Part shown: positions 28,701 through 41,766 of the stretch, in pieces
How the letters are laid out: each line of letters starts with the position of its first letter
How positions within the stretch are numbered: position 1 is the first letter of the stretch
DNA from: Octopus vulgaris
Taxonomy: Eukaryota
NCBI GenBank assembly: GCA_951406725.2
Contig: OX597833.1
Coordinates: forward strand, 24,366,001-24,430,000
Length of the DNA stretch: 64,000 nt
Direction: 5' to 3'
The notes under the pieces: generated by a model
The model's input: only the letters and a program-made list of their open reading frames with translations
What the model was told of the DNA's origin: nothing
The model's database searches: none
Translations under genes and position numbers: made by a program

Positions 28701-29259
28701 ATGAAAAAGTAAGAGTAGTGTGCCCACGTTAGCGCATTGTTTAAATACCTAGAGAAGAGCAGATGCCGTGGAATCTAGACTTCAACTTGGAAACAGGCTA
28801 AATTCAATCACAAATACACTACAATCATTCATTCGCCGACGTATTGTCTTCTTCCATTGTTTCTATTCTCTTTAACGGACGGTACCTTCTTTTGTGAATT
28901 TCCAATACCAAGCTTCCCATTGAATCAGCCTGCTAATGATACTTTTGTCGGCCCAATCGTTTTCAACTTATCCCCAAACTTTGAATCAAATATTTAATAC
29001 TTAATACAATGATTACTGAGGGAGATAGAAAGGGAATGAAGGCGATGAAGATGGTGACTATTTACTACTACTTCATTAACTTTTAAATGGAAGAGGGAAT
29101 GGCCACACAAAAGCGAAGAAGCACCAGTCAAAGAGATGGCCATTTGCGGGTATGTTTCCAACAATTGGGATAACTGAAGAGTAAAAATAAAATACAAAAT
29201 GACAAATACTGATAGTAATGAGAAGCACTCGGTCGGGATCTGTTACCTATGGTTTAGAG

Positions 29260-29582
29260 CAGTGTTTCTCGAATGATGTTCGTATGACCTCTGGGGATCC
29301 ATGTAAAATTTTGTGAGGTCCACGCAAGCAAAATACTAAACTGGAAATCTTCAATAGTATATTAAGGGTTCATGAAAAAGTTTTGATTTAAATGTCTCTA
29401 TTGCAAGAAACATCTACAGTTCTTCCTCAAACGTTTTACATAGTTCAACCAGCACAAGTGAAAGTGTGAAGAACAAAATGGGAATTTTCTATAAAATTAG
29501 TTTTTAAACATCGATATAGAAGTCTACGAGAGTAAAATGGTAATCAAAGGAGTTCATAGATAAAAATGGTTGAGAACCAATG
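29260..29582. mobile_element. hAT MITE, same family as 5612-6660, uninterrupted and in opposite orientation
   Basis: TIRs cagtgtttctc / ggttgagaaccaatg. Flanks gtttagag / gtttgagt. Internal homology to the 5612 element. Confidence 0.8.
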
Positions 29583-29599
29583 GTTTGAGTGACCGGAAA

Positions 29600-31720
29600 A
29601 GGTTTCTCATAAATCGACAGCTTGTATAGCAGAGTGACAGTAGTGGAGTGAGGAAGGAGAGTATGACGAGAATTTTGTTAAATCAAGTTGCGTGTGGAAT
29701 TTGGAAAGAAAGTGGACAACAAATGTAAAGTCTATTTCAGCAGGATCGCTACTTTATAATTCGTAATTCTGTTGACGAGCAGTGGGTAAAAAGATCTGGA
29801 AAGCAAGCAGTTATTAACTTGACAGGGAATCACAAGGCACTTGCTCCAATTGGAGAAGTTGAAAAGGTTGCAGCGTGAGATTAACAAAAGCACTCGTTGG
29901 TTATATGCTGCTAATCTGACAGACGATATGTTGTTGATACGGTTTTTTTTAGATGCTGTAAGTAGAGTATTTCGTCTGTTCTGTATAGGAACTGCGAATA
30001 AACCAATTGCTGGATTTCAGTTAAGGGTTTTGATTATCAGTAGAATTTGAAGAGATTATCAGTAGGATTTCGCTCGAATATTTCGTTGTCTCAGTCACGC
30101 AGAGATAAAGCCAATTTGTTGCCAAGGGCATTCAGTGTAAATCGGACGATCTTATTTCGTGCATACTCAAGTTACCGAAGGAAAAATGGATTTGAATTGG
30201 TAATGACCAGTTCAGCTATAAAATAGTAAAAGCGAATGTTAAAGTTCAGTTTGGCTTTAAAATGTCATTGGTTGAAAGGTGTTCAGCGATATGGTTTGGG
30301 AGAAAAGCAATTGGGTATATGTTAGAATACTTCAGAAATAAATAATAAATAGCAAATGAGATCATAAATCTCCCGTCTATAATTTGATAAAAATGAATGC
30401 CCTTCGTTGATAGAAAAGCAAATTTGAGAACAGAATTCCAGAGGGGTCTTCTGGAAAGGGATCATTTTTTTATGGACATCAGAGAGACGGAGTTTTGGCG
30501 ACGAAGGTGTGTGGAGGATTCAGGCGAGGGAAGTCATTCCAGAGAGGAATTATTGGGTTGATAGCGCAGAAGTATCTGGTATGGGAAACGTTCGGACGAG
30601 TAGTGTTGCGAGTAATTTAGAGGAGTACTGAGGATGAAGTTCGTGCGGTTCAATCTGTGATAGGAAGGTTTCTGTATTGGTTTCCAAGAAAGGTTAAGTT
30701 TAGGAGAGTAAGGATTTGGAGTGAACTGAATGCGAAGAGATCGAGCTTTCGGAAAGGACTGAGAACTGCGTTACTGAAAAGTATTGTTTTAGAGAGTAAT
30801 GACTAATGAAAGAGCTCTTTGAAATCCAGTTTTGGAGAGAAGGCGTTTACAATATTATCCACAAAATCGGGGATCTAGAGGAAAATGTTTGACTGTTGAG
30901 TGCTAGGAGAGAAAATATCGAGTAAAGAGTTAAGAGGGAATTTGTTCGGAAAGGAGGACTTAGGTACGGAGTCCGGAAGGATAAAGTTTCAGAGATGAAA
31001 ATTAAATATTGCATACCAGGAGGTTCTAGTTTTGCGGAGATTAAAAGATTAAAAGCAGGTTGCAATTTTTGAGGGGAATACTGAGAATGAGTTTAGAGGG
31101 ATTGAGTTGAAAAAGAAAGGAATTGAGTAGGACTGAGTTCAGCGGTGTCATATTTTAGAATGGGAAGATCGAATACAGGATTCTATGTAGACAAGGTCTT
31201 AGAAAGAATGGTTCGAGAAAAAGAATTGAGAATGTAGTTAGAGTAGAGCGGCGCATTGGGTATGTAGTTCATGGATCTTTTGGTTTTGTAGAGAAAAGAA
31301 TTGAGTATAGACTGAATTTAGAGAAACAGAATTTTAGAGTGGAGGAATTGAATATAGAGTGCCTAGGAACCCAAGTTTTCAGAGTAAAGCTTGTGTATAG
31401 TGTACAGAAGAATCAGGTTTCGCGACGCGAGTTAAATATGAAGTTACGCGAGGAGCCAGTTTTAGGAAAGAAACATTTACTTTGGCGTCTAGAGGGACCA
31501 AATTTAGGAAGGGAAGGATTGAGCGTGAAGGTCGAGAAGGATACAGATCTAGAAATGGGAAATTGAACAATATGTTTAACGTAGAAATCGTGTTGGTAGA
31601 AATCACGCCATAACAAGGAGAATAAATATGAAGTGAGAATTGAGTCTAATAGAAGAGAAAACAATATTGCAGTACAGAGAGTGATGGCAATTGTACTTGT
31701 TATGATGTCTATCAGCACTG
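29600..31720 (-). mobile_element. Old degenerate CR1/L2-like LINE remnants
   Basis: Strong purine skew. Fragmentary translations PIAFLP..HL..NDIL and IIPLWNDFP resemble CR1 RT. Many stops. Confidence 0.45.
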
Positions 31721-32839
31721 ACCGAGTAGATTTATGATTGGTGTTTCAGCCGTGACGGTTACTTCGATTTTCACCTTCTCTTTTTTTTGTATTCTTTATT
31801 TCTAAGACAGTAGGGAAATTTGGATGGTATTTTGGGGTCGAATATTCTTAGTTCATTTTGTCAGACATAAATAATGGCCTGCATTATTGAATATGCTCTC
31901 CTCTAATTTTTAAAGGAGTATGATGTAATTTGATTGAGGTCATCAAGAGATACCCTAACAGTTCACTCCGTGTTTTTAAGTGAAGGCGAAAATCGGTAAT
32001 CTGGTATTTATGTATCTCCCATGTCACGTTTTCTTCATTGTTCAAGAATCAGCGATGAATGTAACGTAGACTTCTTGGTGTCCTTTAAACACTGATCTGC
32101 TCTAATTTAACATATAATGTCATCTTTCTTTTACAGACAGTGTATCTTGGACTACATCATATTGTATGTCTTTTATTTTAAGGCAGCAAGATGTCATTTG
32201 ACAAAAATGTTTCTGTTACCTTTAGCATTTCGGTCTATTACTTAGTAACTTCCCGTTTTTCGTTCACTGTGTTGTGGATTTCTATTTGAACGTATCACCC
32301 CTGTGAGTAACCGTGCATGTGTGTGTTTCTAGTTGGATCACATACTAAAATACGTAGGCAGTATTCTAGTAGAGGACCGACCAGCTTGTGTTTTTAGTAA
32401 GGCCCAACAGCTGTTCTCAGACTAACTATATATCAAGTTGGAAGTCATCTTGTTTCGTTTTACTTTAAGAACAATACGTCTGAAAACGTAATCAAATTTG
32501 CTATTTATTGATGTTTTTATTTTTATTTTGGATGATTAGAAAAGCTGACAGAAAAACCAAACAAATGTCGACAAACAAAAATGCAATAATGGTACACATA
32601 TGGTACGTTAACATGTCTTTTGCTTCCCTTTCACAAACAATGCCAAAGATCTCTATCTCCTCTCTCTCTCACTCTCTCTCTCTCTGTCTTTCCGTCTCGC
32701 TCCCTATCTATCGCGATAATTGTATGCGTATGTATATATGTATATACATACACACATATATACATATATATGTGTGTGTGTGTGTGTGTGCGTGTGTATA
32801 ATATATATATATATATATATACACACATACATATATATA

Positions 32840-32885
<46 letters not shown>

Positions 32886-32897
32886 CATATATATACG

Positions 32898-32934
<37 letters not shown>

Positions 32935-33040
32935 TATGTAAAACCATATGTACATACATACATATACACACACGTATATATATATATTTATATATACACT
33001 TAATATATACGTATACATATATGCATTTATACATAGATAT

Positions 33041-33106
<66 letters not shown>

Positions 33107-33704
33107 CCCACACACTTATAAAGATATGGAGATTAAGTAAATCGAAAACAAGTCAAGGAATGCTATACGTTCGTGTTTCTCGTTGCTGGGTGTATATCAA
33201 ATAAAAGCAAAACTCTCTTCAGTCGGAAGACAAATAAAAGGTGTTTGAATTGAACTAAGTTGTATACACGCGCGGAAACCGAATACATAATATACGTGGC
33301 GTACTATGTAATTGAAATAACTGTGAATTGAAATCTTTCTTCTTTGCACCAAGATAACTCACAGGAAATGTATAAACATGTTCAGATTTCACCTACACTT
33401 ATCGGTATACATTATAGATATTGCTCAAAATACAACAAAAATATATGGTTTTTACTGAATGTATGAAAGATTCAGATCCATAAGGTCTTAATTGTCATGG
33501 TCATATATCTTTCTTTGTATTAAATCGTGTTAGTTTGTGTATTATATAAGTATACTGTCCACCAAAACTATTAATTTATTGAGTACTTCGGTAGATTCTC
33601 TAAAAAACAAAAACAAGAAATCAATCGTTGTATGTTGGGTAGATCAATTTTGTTGATGAAAATATACGCCAATGATTCTGTTTCCATTCAACTATCTAAT
33701 TTAT

Positions 33705-33879
33705 CTTTTATCTTTTGTTTGTTTCAGTCACTGTGCTACGGCCATGCTGGGGCACCGCTTTGAAGGGCTTTTAGTTGAAAAATTGGACCAAGTACTTACT
33801 AAATTTTCATTCTATCCGTCTCGTTTTCCGGAGCTAAATTATGGAGCCGTAAACAAACCAGCACCGGTTGGTAAGGTAT

Positions 33880-33923
<44 letters not shown>

Positions 33924-34090
33924 TCACGACGTGCTTTATTCCGTTTCTGTCAATCAAATTCACTCAGAAAGCATTGGTGGGTCCAGAGCTATAACAGAAG
34001 ACGCCTGACCCAGGTATCGCGCAGTGGGATTCAGCCCTGAATCACGTGGTTGCAAAACAAGCTTCATAACCACGTATCCTTGCCTGCATC
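33705..34090 (-). mobile_element. SINE family A, diverged
   Basis: gtttcagtca...gccatgctggggcaccgc tail plus head remnants. Lies between the 33125/34550 inverted arms. Confidence 0.75.
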
Positions 34091-34862
34091 TATGGTTAAT
34101 TAATTAACGTGTTGACTAACAATAATAACAAAAGCAAAATAAGTAAAACAGGAGCATGTGTTTTTATCGGCAAAATTATGTTCACACCAATATCTGTTTC
34201 AACACACGATTTCACATCAAGAATCTTGCGAAACAAATCCCAAATCAAAATATATTCTTGTTTATTTTGAGTAATATTTATATCTTGCTACTTCAAGTGT
34301 AAGTTAAGCCTGAGCTTGTTGATGCACTTCGTTGTGTATCTACTTGCAAAGAGCAGCCATTTGAATTCTCAGTCATTCCTATTTAATATTTACATCTCGT
34401 GTGTCACGTATACCATTCAGCAAGTATATGTAATTCATGAAATGCCTTTTATTTGTCTTCCGGGTAAAGAAGAAGGTTATATTTGCTTTTCATATACACC
34501 CAGCAACTAGAGACACGAACGTGTGTTGGATATATGATTATTTCCCCATAATATATATATATATATGCATGCATACATACATACATATATGTATATATAT
34601 ACATGTATATATATATATATACATATATATATTATATATATATACTTATATATACATGTGCATATATGTATATATATATATCCATGCATATATACACATA
34701 GATATACATATATGTTCATATATACAGTTACTTTTATGTATATTCGTATATACACACACGTGCGCACATGCACACTGACGCACACACATATATTATATAT
34801 ATATGTATATAAGCACACGTAAATACATACATTTATGTATAGATACCAATATAAATGAATAC

Positions 34863-34920
<58 letters not shown>

Positions 34921-35899
34921 ACATAGATATACACATAAACATGTGCCTACATACATAGATTCATAATATACAAACGTAAACATACGAAGTGTTACGTATA
35001 TTAACTGAATGGAAAAAAAGTTTAAGGCATAAAAGAAAATAGAAACGCACCTTATGTACTCAAAACACACATACACACATTATGCTCACATCCACTCATA
35101 TAAATTTCCATGTACATAGAGACATATGAATATATATATATATGCCATGTACCTGAACGAAATACAGATCTTTTTTCCTGTCACAACGCCCCAAACAACA
35201 GGGTCATTTATCAGGTAAACATCATTCAAAGAATGTTTTAAATATGTTTAGATATTCTCCTCTTTCAACAACTAGGTCTTTCGTTTAACTAATTTCTGCA
35301 ATGTATCAAATATTTCGGTAAACTTCCGTTTGTTTTCTGGGTATATTGATGTGAGGGTGGTAGAATAGCAAAATTCGGCACGGTGGCCGGCGAATATGCC
35401 TGAAGGTAGTTGGTCGTATTTATGTTCGTCTAAATTCAGAGTTCGAATCTCGATGATATCAACTTTACCTTCTGAAATCAATTAAGCAAATACCTGTAAT
35501 ATACACAGATCGATAATCATATGGACTATTAAGCTCCTCAAAATGCATGGCTCCGTACTTATGTTAAATAGTAAGATCATTAATTTCAGGGCAGCAGCTG
35601 GCAGAATTGTTAGAACGCCGAGCAAAATGCTTATCGGTATTCTGTCCGTTTTTACATCATGAGTTCAAATTTCCCCGACGTTAACTTTATGTGTCATTCT
35701 TTCGGGATCAATAAATTAAGTACCAATTGAGCACTGAAACTTGCTGGCTTTCTGCAAAAATTTGAAACCAATATTTATTAATAAGAAAAGTGATGGGTGG
35801 CTGAAAAAGCCGAGTGTCAGACCAAAAATCCTACGTAATCTCATCAAAATCCACTTTCTTTTCAACTCTCCAGAATCAATTCAGAAAGTACCAATGATA

Positions 35900-36290
35900 T
35901 TCTGGATTCTGGCATTGAAGCGAATACAAACAGCCGAAATGAGGATTCACCGAAATATCACTGGAATAACGTTACTCGACACGATACGTTACTCGGAGAT
36001 CAGGGAGTCGTTCCAGTTCGAGATACTACTTCTCCGCATTGCGGTGTTACAGCTCCGCTATTACGGACATGTGAGTAGAATGTCGCAGAAAAGAATAGCA
36101 AGTCTGATTCTTCAAACTGAGACAACCGGTAGGAAACCTTGGGGTCATTCAAGAATGAGATGGTTGGATAATACCTAAAATATCAATTGGTCATGCTTGG
36201 GAATCTAGCTGGGATGTCTAACGATGGCTGCTTCTGATGAAGGTGGTGCCCGAGCACTCTACCCCTAACGACTCGCCCAGGAATGTAATA
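35900..36290 (+). mobile_element. RTE-clade LINE 3' fragment
   Basis: KRIQTAEMRIHRNITGITLLDTIRYSEIRE...QLRYYGHVSRM...GRKPWGHSRMRWLD is a typical RTE RT C-terminus. Confidence 0.85.
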
Positions 36291-36944
36291 CCAATGTAAA
36301 TGAATTTTCCTTCTGTCATTTATATCAATAAAAATCTACCCCACATTGGAAATAATGGTTTCAAATTTTGGCACAAAACTAGCAGTTTCGGGAGAAGGGG
36401 CTAAGTTGGTTACAGCCATATTAATGCTCAACTGGTACTTATTTTATCGACTCCGAAACAATGAGAAAATAAAGTCGAATTTGAATTCCGAACGTGTAGA
36501 CGGACGAAATGCCGAAAAGCATTTTGCCCAGAGTGCTAGAGATTTTGCTAGCTCACCGCCTTACCACATTGTGATAATATTAATCAAAATATCTCAGGAA
36601 TATCCTCAGATAAAATAACATTTGACGGCACTGCAAACCACTACAACAAAGTGAAGTTTGCTATCGAACTTCTAGCAAACAATAAAAGGAAAACGAACAT
36701 GTAATGCAATCTAATTCAACCCTTAGTACTTTCATAATGAGAAAAGCTAGAACATCCAAATCAGAAGCAGGAAGCAACAAATTTAACAAATACAAAACGT
36801 AAATGAAAGCTATAACTGCATGATGTAAAGGTGAAGCCTTATTGCACTTAGCAGATACCGAAACAACTGAATATGTACCAACACCCAGAAAGCAGTCTAT
36901 GATGAACATTGCAGAAAGTGTACTGATAGTAAAGCGTAGTAACA

Positions 36945-37664
36945 TCACCGTCTCTGCCAAGTTCTCCAAGTTCCCCAACGTCTGAATAATGAGTTCAAGT
37001 GTCTTTCCTTTCCACCCACCTTCTTCCGTTTCTGTGGCTTGGAGGGCAACCATCTTATCCTCGCTTTCAACAAGGACAGCTTCGCTACCCAAGCCACTTC
37101 TATATCCGGAGGATTTGCTTCTACTCTCACCTTGGAAGTTTTTCTTCCAAGGTATGTGGGCAGAAGCACTACTTCCTCTGTTTTCACCGCCACACTCGCC
37201 ATCCTCCTCGCCTTCTCTACTGTCCTAAATTGAACGACCGTTGTCCCATATCTTCTTCCTTTGGTTATGTACGTTATCTCCTTTGATCGTTCCCTCAGCG
37301 CCTTTTCCACTTCTGCCTCCACCTGTTCTGCCTTCTTTTCCTTTCAACGAGTACACCTTATAGGTGATCGTTTTCTGCTCCATCCTCTCCATAATTCCTT
37401 TGGGGAGCGACAACTTCACGTCGCCGCCCACCTGAGCCATCTTCTCATACTCCTTCAGACCAGCCAAGTCCAGCTCCCTTCGCTTTACCTCCGTGGCTTC
37501 AGTAAAACTCCTTCTCTTCAACAATCCGTCCATCTTTATAACCGCCCTTACCAGCTACTCCTTCGCCGACAACAACTCAAGGTCTGAGTACATCTTCTAA
37601 GCAACACAAAAAACTACGTCGGACTCTTACAAAATCCAGACAGCAAATAACCCGACGCATGCGC
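36945..37664 (-). mobile_element. 5' UTR and frameshifted ORF1 of a Tx1/L1-like LINE
   Basis: Three overlapping ORFs (37225-37533, 36945-37322, 36661-37092) join into one basic ORF1-like protein (LLPTYLGRKTSKVRVEANPPDI). No ORF2 follows. The clade call is an inference. Confidence 0.55.
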
Positions 37665-37769
37665 GGAAGCAAGCTTGTTACCACTTGCGCCTATATATAT
37701 ATAGTTCTGCTATAATTCGGTTTTTAGAGGTGCACGAATACACACATGCACTTGTGCACAAATGAGTAT

Positions 37770-37945
37770 GTACAAGAAGCTGAAAATTCTTGGCTTTGAG
37801 AAAAAAGAAAATACAGGAGGATTAGTTAAGCATATTTTTATTCAACATATTTTCCTCTCAGATCCACACGCTTATTGCAACAGTCCTTCAGTTTTTCTAT
37901 GCCCTGTAAAAAATCCCTGAAGGAACTTTCTAGCACTCTCTCGTA
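37770..37945. mobile_element. Mariner-derived MITE retaining the transposase C-terminus
   Basis: TIR-like ends tacaagaagctgaaaattc / gaactttctagcactctctcgta. Minus strand encodes DFLQGIEKLKDCCNKRVDLRGKYVE, like mariner F..GI.KL..RW.KC....G.YVE. Confidence 0.75.
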
Positions 37946-38084
37946 TAATATACATATGTGAATGTCTTTATGTATATGTATTTTTACGGAGTGCACGTGT
38001 ACAAATATGTGTGCATATTTATAATCATATATTTGTATCATATATAACTATGTGTGCATATATATAATCATATATTTATATCTT

Positions 38085-38460
38085 GTAGAGGCGCAATGGC
38101 CCAGTGGTTAGGGCAGCGGTCTTAGGATCGTGGTTTCGATTCCCAGACCGGGCGTTGTGAGTGTTTATTGAGCGAAAGCACCTAAAGCTCCATGAGGCTC
38201 CAGCAGGGGGTGATGGTGAACCCTGCTGAACTCTTTCACCACAACTTTCTCTCACTTTTTCTTCCTGTTTCTGTTGTACCTGTATTTCAAAGGATCAGCC
38301 TTGTCACACTCTGTGTCACGCTGAATCTCCCCGAGAACTACGTAAAGGGTACACGTGTCTGTAGCGTGCTCAGCCGCTCGCACGTTAATTTCACGAGCAG
38401 GCTGTTCCGTTGATCGGATCAACTGGAACACTCGTCGTCGAAACCGACGGAGTGCCAGTC
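38085..38460 (+). mobile_element. SINE family C, tail type 2 (RTE-like terminus)
   Basis: Same head as 4214. Tail ends ctggaacactcgtcgtcgaaaccgacggagtgcc. Headless copy at 14540-14742. Confidence 0.85.
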
Positions 38461-38539
38461 ATTTATATCTTAGTATTGATGCCTATATGTATAATTATAT
38501 GCGTCGTATATATGCTTTTATTTAGATATCTAAATGTAT

Positions 38540-39300
38540 TAAGTTAGAAACACATCGGTATACTCCAAAAGATAACTTATGTTAACAAAAATTAAATTAA
38601 CCAAAAGCCTTTTACAAATATATTTCAAAATTTACTTAAAGGCAAGCCTTTTACACTAACCACTAATTTCTATACGTTCCTGATCTATGATCAATATAAA
38701 TTGAACCTGTCACAATTGTATCTATAAGTATTCTCGTATAAATACTAAAATAGTATAATACCAACCTCTAAAAGGCTTACAGTAACGAAATAGTCCTGAG
38801 TAGGCCTGAGAAAATTTTCATCTAACACAAATTTTGACAAGAATATAACCTATCTCTTACATGAACTTTTATGCAAATCTTTCAGTACTCATATTTATGC
38901 ACAAACAATAGCATGAACAAAAAAGAATCCTTCACTTTTAACCAACCAGAAACCGCTACCAAAGAGAATACACTTTTTTCTGTTAAACCAAAACAATTGT
39001 TCCTACCGTCTCAGACCACACCCTTTAGACACGCGCTTGCTTCTCATCCGTCTCCTACTACACGTTCATTACAGTCATTCCTACTTTCTCCCTACAAATT
39101 CACATCACAGCCAATTTACATATACATCCTTGCATCCACCAAATGCACACGCCGTCAAAAACATATAGAAAGCTTGGAGAATCAAACTAAGTCACAGTCT
39201 GATGACGGTAAGCCGAAACTTCGATTCTACTGACATCTATCACACACACACTCTGTTTCTCTCTGCACTCACACGCATGTTTGTGTGTGCTTCAGTTTCC
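38540..39300 (+). mobile_element. Degenerate Penelope-like element remnant with hammerhead-like motif
   Basis: Weak GIY-YIG-like remnants (GKPFTLTTNF, CHNC) followed by CTGATGA-cggtaagcc-GAAAC at 39199-39219. Confidence 0.4.
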
Positions 39301-39491
39301 AACTGTGCATGTAACTGAGTGGGTAAATATAGTGTCATGTGATATAACTCTATATTTATGGTGGTAAATAAGGTGTTAAATGCCCAAAGTAATCAGATAA
39401 AAATGTGTAACTTCGGAAAGTGTTAAAATCCTTTTAGAAATACTTGCTATAAATTACGCATATTGTTTTATATATACGCCTCTGAACACAG

Positions 39492-39551
<60 letters not shown>

Positions 39552-41349
39552 GTCCGCGCGCACACATATTTAGCAAAAGGGAAAGAAAAGCACGAGATTT
39601 ATGAGACAGTATGAATATAATGTTTCTAAGAATTAAAGGCCATTTACTAACACACACACGCACACACTTGAAATAGTTGAAATGATAGAATGAAATAATA
39701 AAAATAAACATAGGAGTAGCGTATTAAGTAAAAATGTGAAATATATATAGAAATAAAAATAAAATAAAATATAAATGTAATAGAAGCACGAAATAAAAGT
39801 AAAACGAAATGGTTTACCAATTTGAATTAAACGATGATGGCGGTGGCACTTAACACCCTGTCCCATAAAGCAGGAGAGAAAGTAAAGAGTTGTCAAATTT
39901 ACTTTTGAAACAAATATGCACTTAAAACTTTTGCATATGCCTGTTAAATTGCAAAAACCTTCGTTACTGTAGCTCGTTTTTCTTCTACAACACAATAATG
40001 ACCATCGGTAGTAATGAAATAAACCTGACGTAATGACAAAGAAAGTCACTTGTGTGACTTTCTTCAAAATGCTGGTTTGTTTTAATGTTTCCTGTGCCAT
40101 AAAACATTTGAAACACGTTTGTTTGACCTCTATTCTTTACTATATTCTTTTTATTCTTACCGTTACTATTTTGTTTTTCGTTATTATGAAATAAAGAATT
40201 TTATAGTGCAAATCGTCTACAAGCTTCTTGTCACTTAAGGTGAAAAAGAAAAAAAAAAGGGATTTATTTCCTATTGTCTCAATAACGAGAGAATCGAGCT
40301 GAAAAGAAATGAGTGAGAGATAAGTTGTGAGAGGAAACAGAGAACGTGAAGGAGGACGAGTTTATGTGACAAGGGAACAAATACTCAATTGCAAGGTAAA
40401 ACGACATGTGTGTATTTATGTGTATATTAGAGGAGTTAAGTCGGTGTAAGTTGACAAAAGCTGTAGAGCTCTGGACACATCTTGCAAACATTTACTTTCC
40501 GTCCTGCCTCAACATTTGAATGCTCAAATGCAACCAGATGAACAGAATTTGAATTCCAATCTATCAACATTAAACGTAACAGGTTGTTAGTTGTTAGTAC
40601 CATTGATGTACTGCCGTTGGCTAGAGTTTATACTCAAAATCATTACGGATATTCAGATTAAAAACCGTTACTATTAGAATCAAAATGAGAGATGAATCTT
40701 AAACTCTTTAAGGCATAAAGTTTTCTTCTCTTCTTAATCTCATCCTTAGATTTTCTTCTTTATGAGCCATAGGTCGATCAGCCGTATAGACATCCTCCTC
40801 CTGATGAGTTCTGGATGATGTTGGCATTTCGACCTACGTCAGCCCTGATCGAGCAGACCTATGATCAGAAGCTTTCCCGACATGACCATCCATTTTTTGG
40901 TGAATATCCAGTACTACATTATACAATATATATTTTTTAAAGATGGTAAGACTGTCGTTCGAAAGTGATTTGCTGTTGTTCCTAGCAAGTTGAAAACCAT
41001 ATAGGAGCTTCCACGTTGATTCACTGTTCAGTTTTTCTGCAGTGATAATTACAATACAGGCGGATTTTGTGAATTCGGTTCCAGCGTGATATCTCTTGTT
41101 CCTCTATATTTATTATTGGAGCTGCACATCCCAGCTCACTCTTCAAATTTAATGTCGCTATTAATGCTACTGTTATTTTTGTACAAATAGCTGTAATACA
41201 CTCGGGATGATACACATTTTTTTTTTGTAAATAAAGGATTTCCAAGGAATCTTAAAATTTAAGGAAAGAAAATAGAAAATTAAACAAAGTGATGTAAAAG
41301 CAGCATTTTAGATATGGTAAGGGGATGATTTGGTAGAAACGGTTACTCT

Positions 41350-41766
41350 TTTACTCTTTTACTTGTTTGTTTCAGTCATTTGACTGTGACCATGCTGGAG
41401 CACAGCCTTTAGTCGAGCAAATCGACCCCAGGGCTTATTCTTTGTAAGCCTAGTACTTATTCTATCGGTCTCTTTTGCCGAACCGCTAAGTTACGGGAAC
41501 GTAAACACACCAGCATCGGTTGTCAAGCGATTTTGTGTGTGTGTGTGTGTGGGGGGGACAAACACAGACACTCAAACATATACACATACATACATACATA
41601 TATATGCATATATACGACGGGCTTCTTTCAGTTTCCAAATCCACTCACAAGGCTTTGATCGGCGCGAGGCTATAGTAGAAGACACTTGCCGAAGGTGCCG
41701 CACAGTGGGACTGAACCCGGAACCATGTGGTTGGTAAGCAAGCTACTTACCACACAGCCACTCCTA
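41350..41766 (-). mobile_element. SINE family A, near-consensus full copy
   Basis: Complete head, internal (CA/TA)n and tail, ending in a ttttactc repeat. Confidence 0.9.

Noticed and set aside
38085-38155. tRNA-like sequences (also 4214, 23090-23165, 48062-48130)
   Set aside because: They are SINE heads continuous with SINE bodies; I could not fold a convincing intact cloverleaf.
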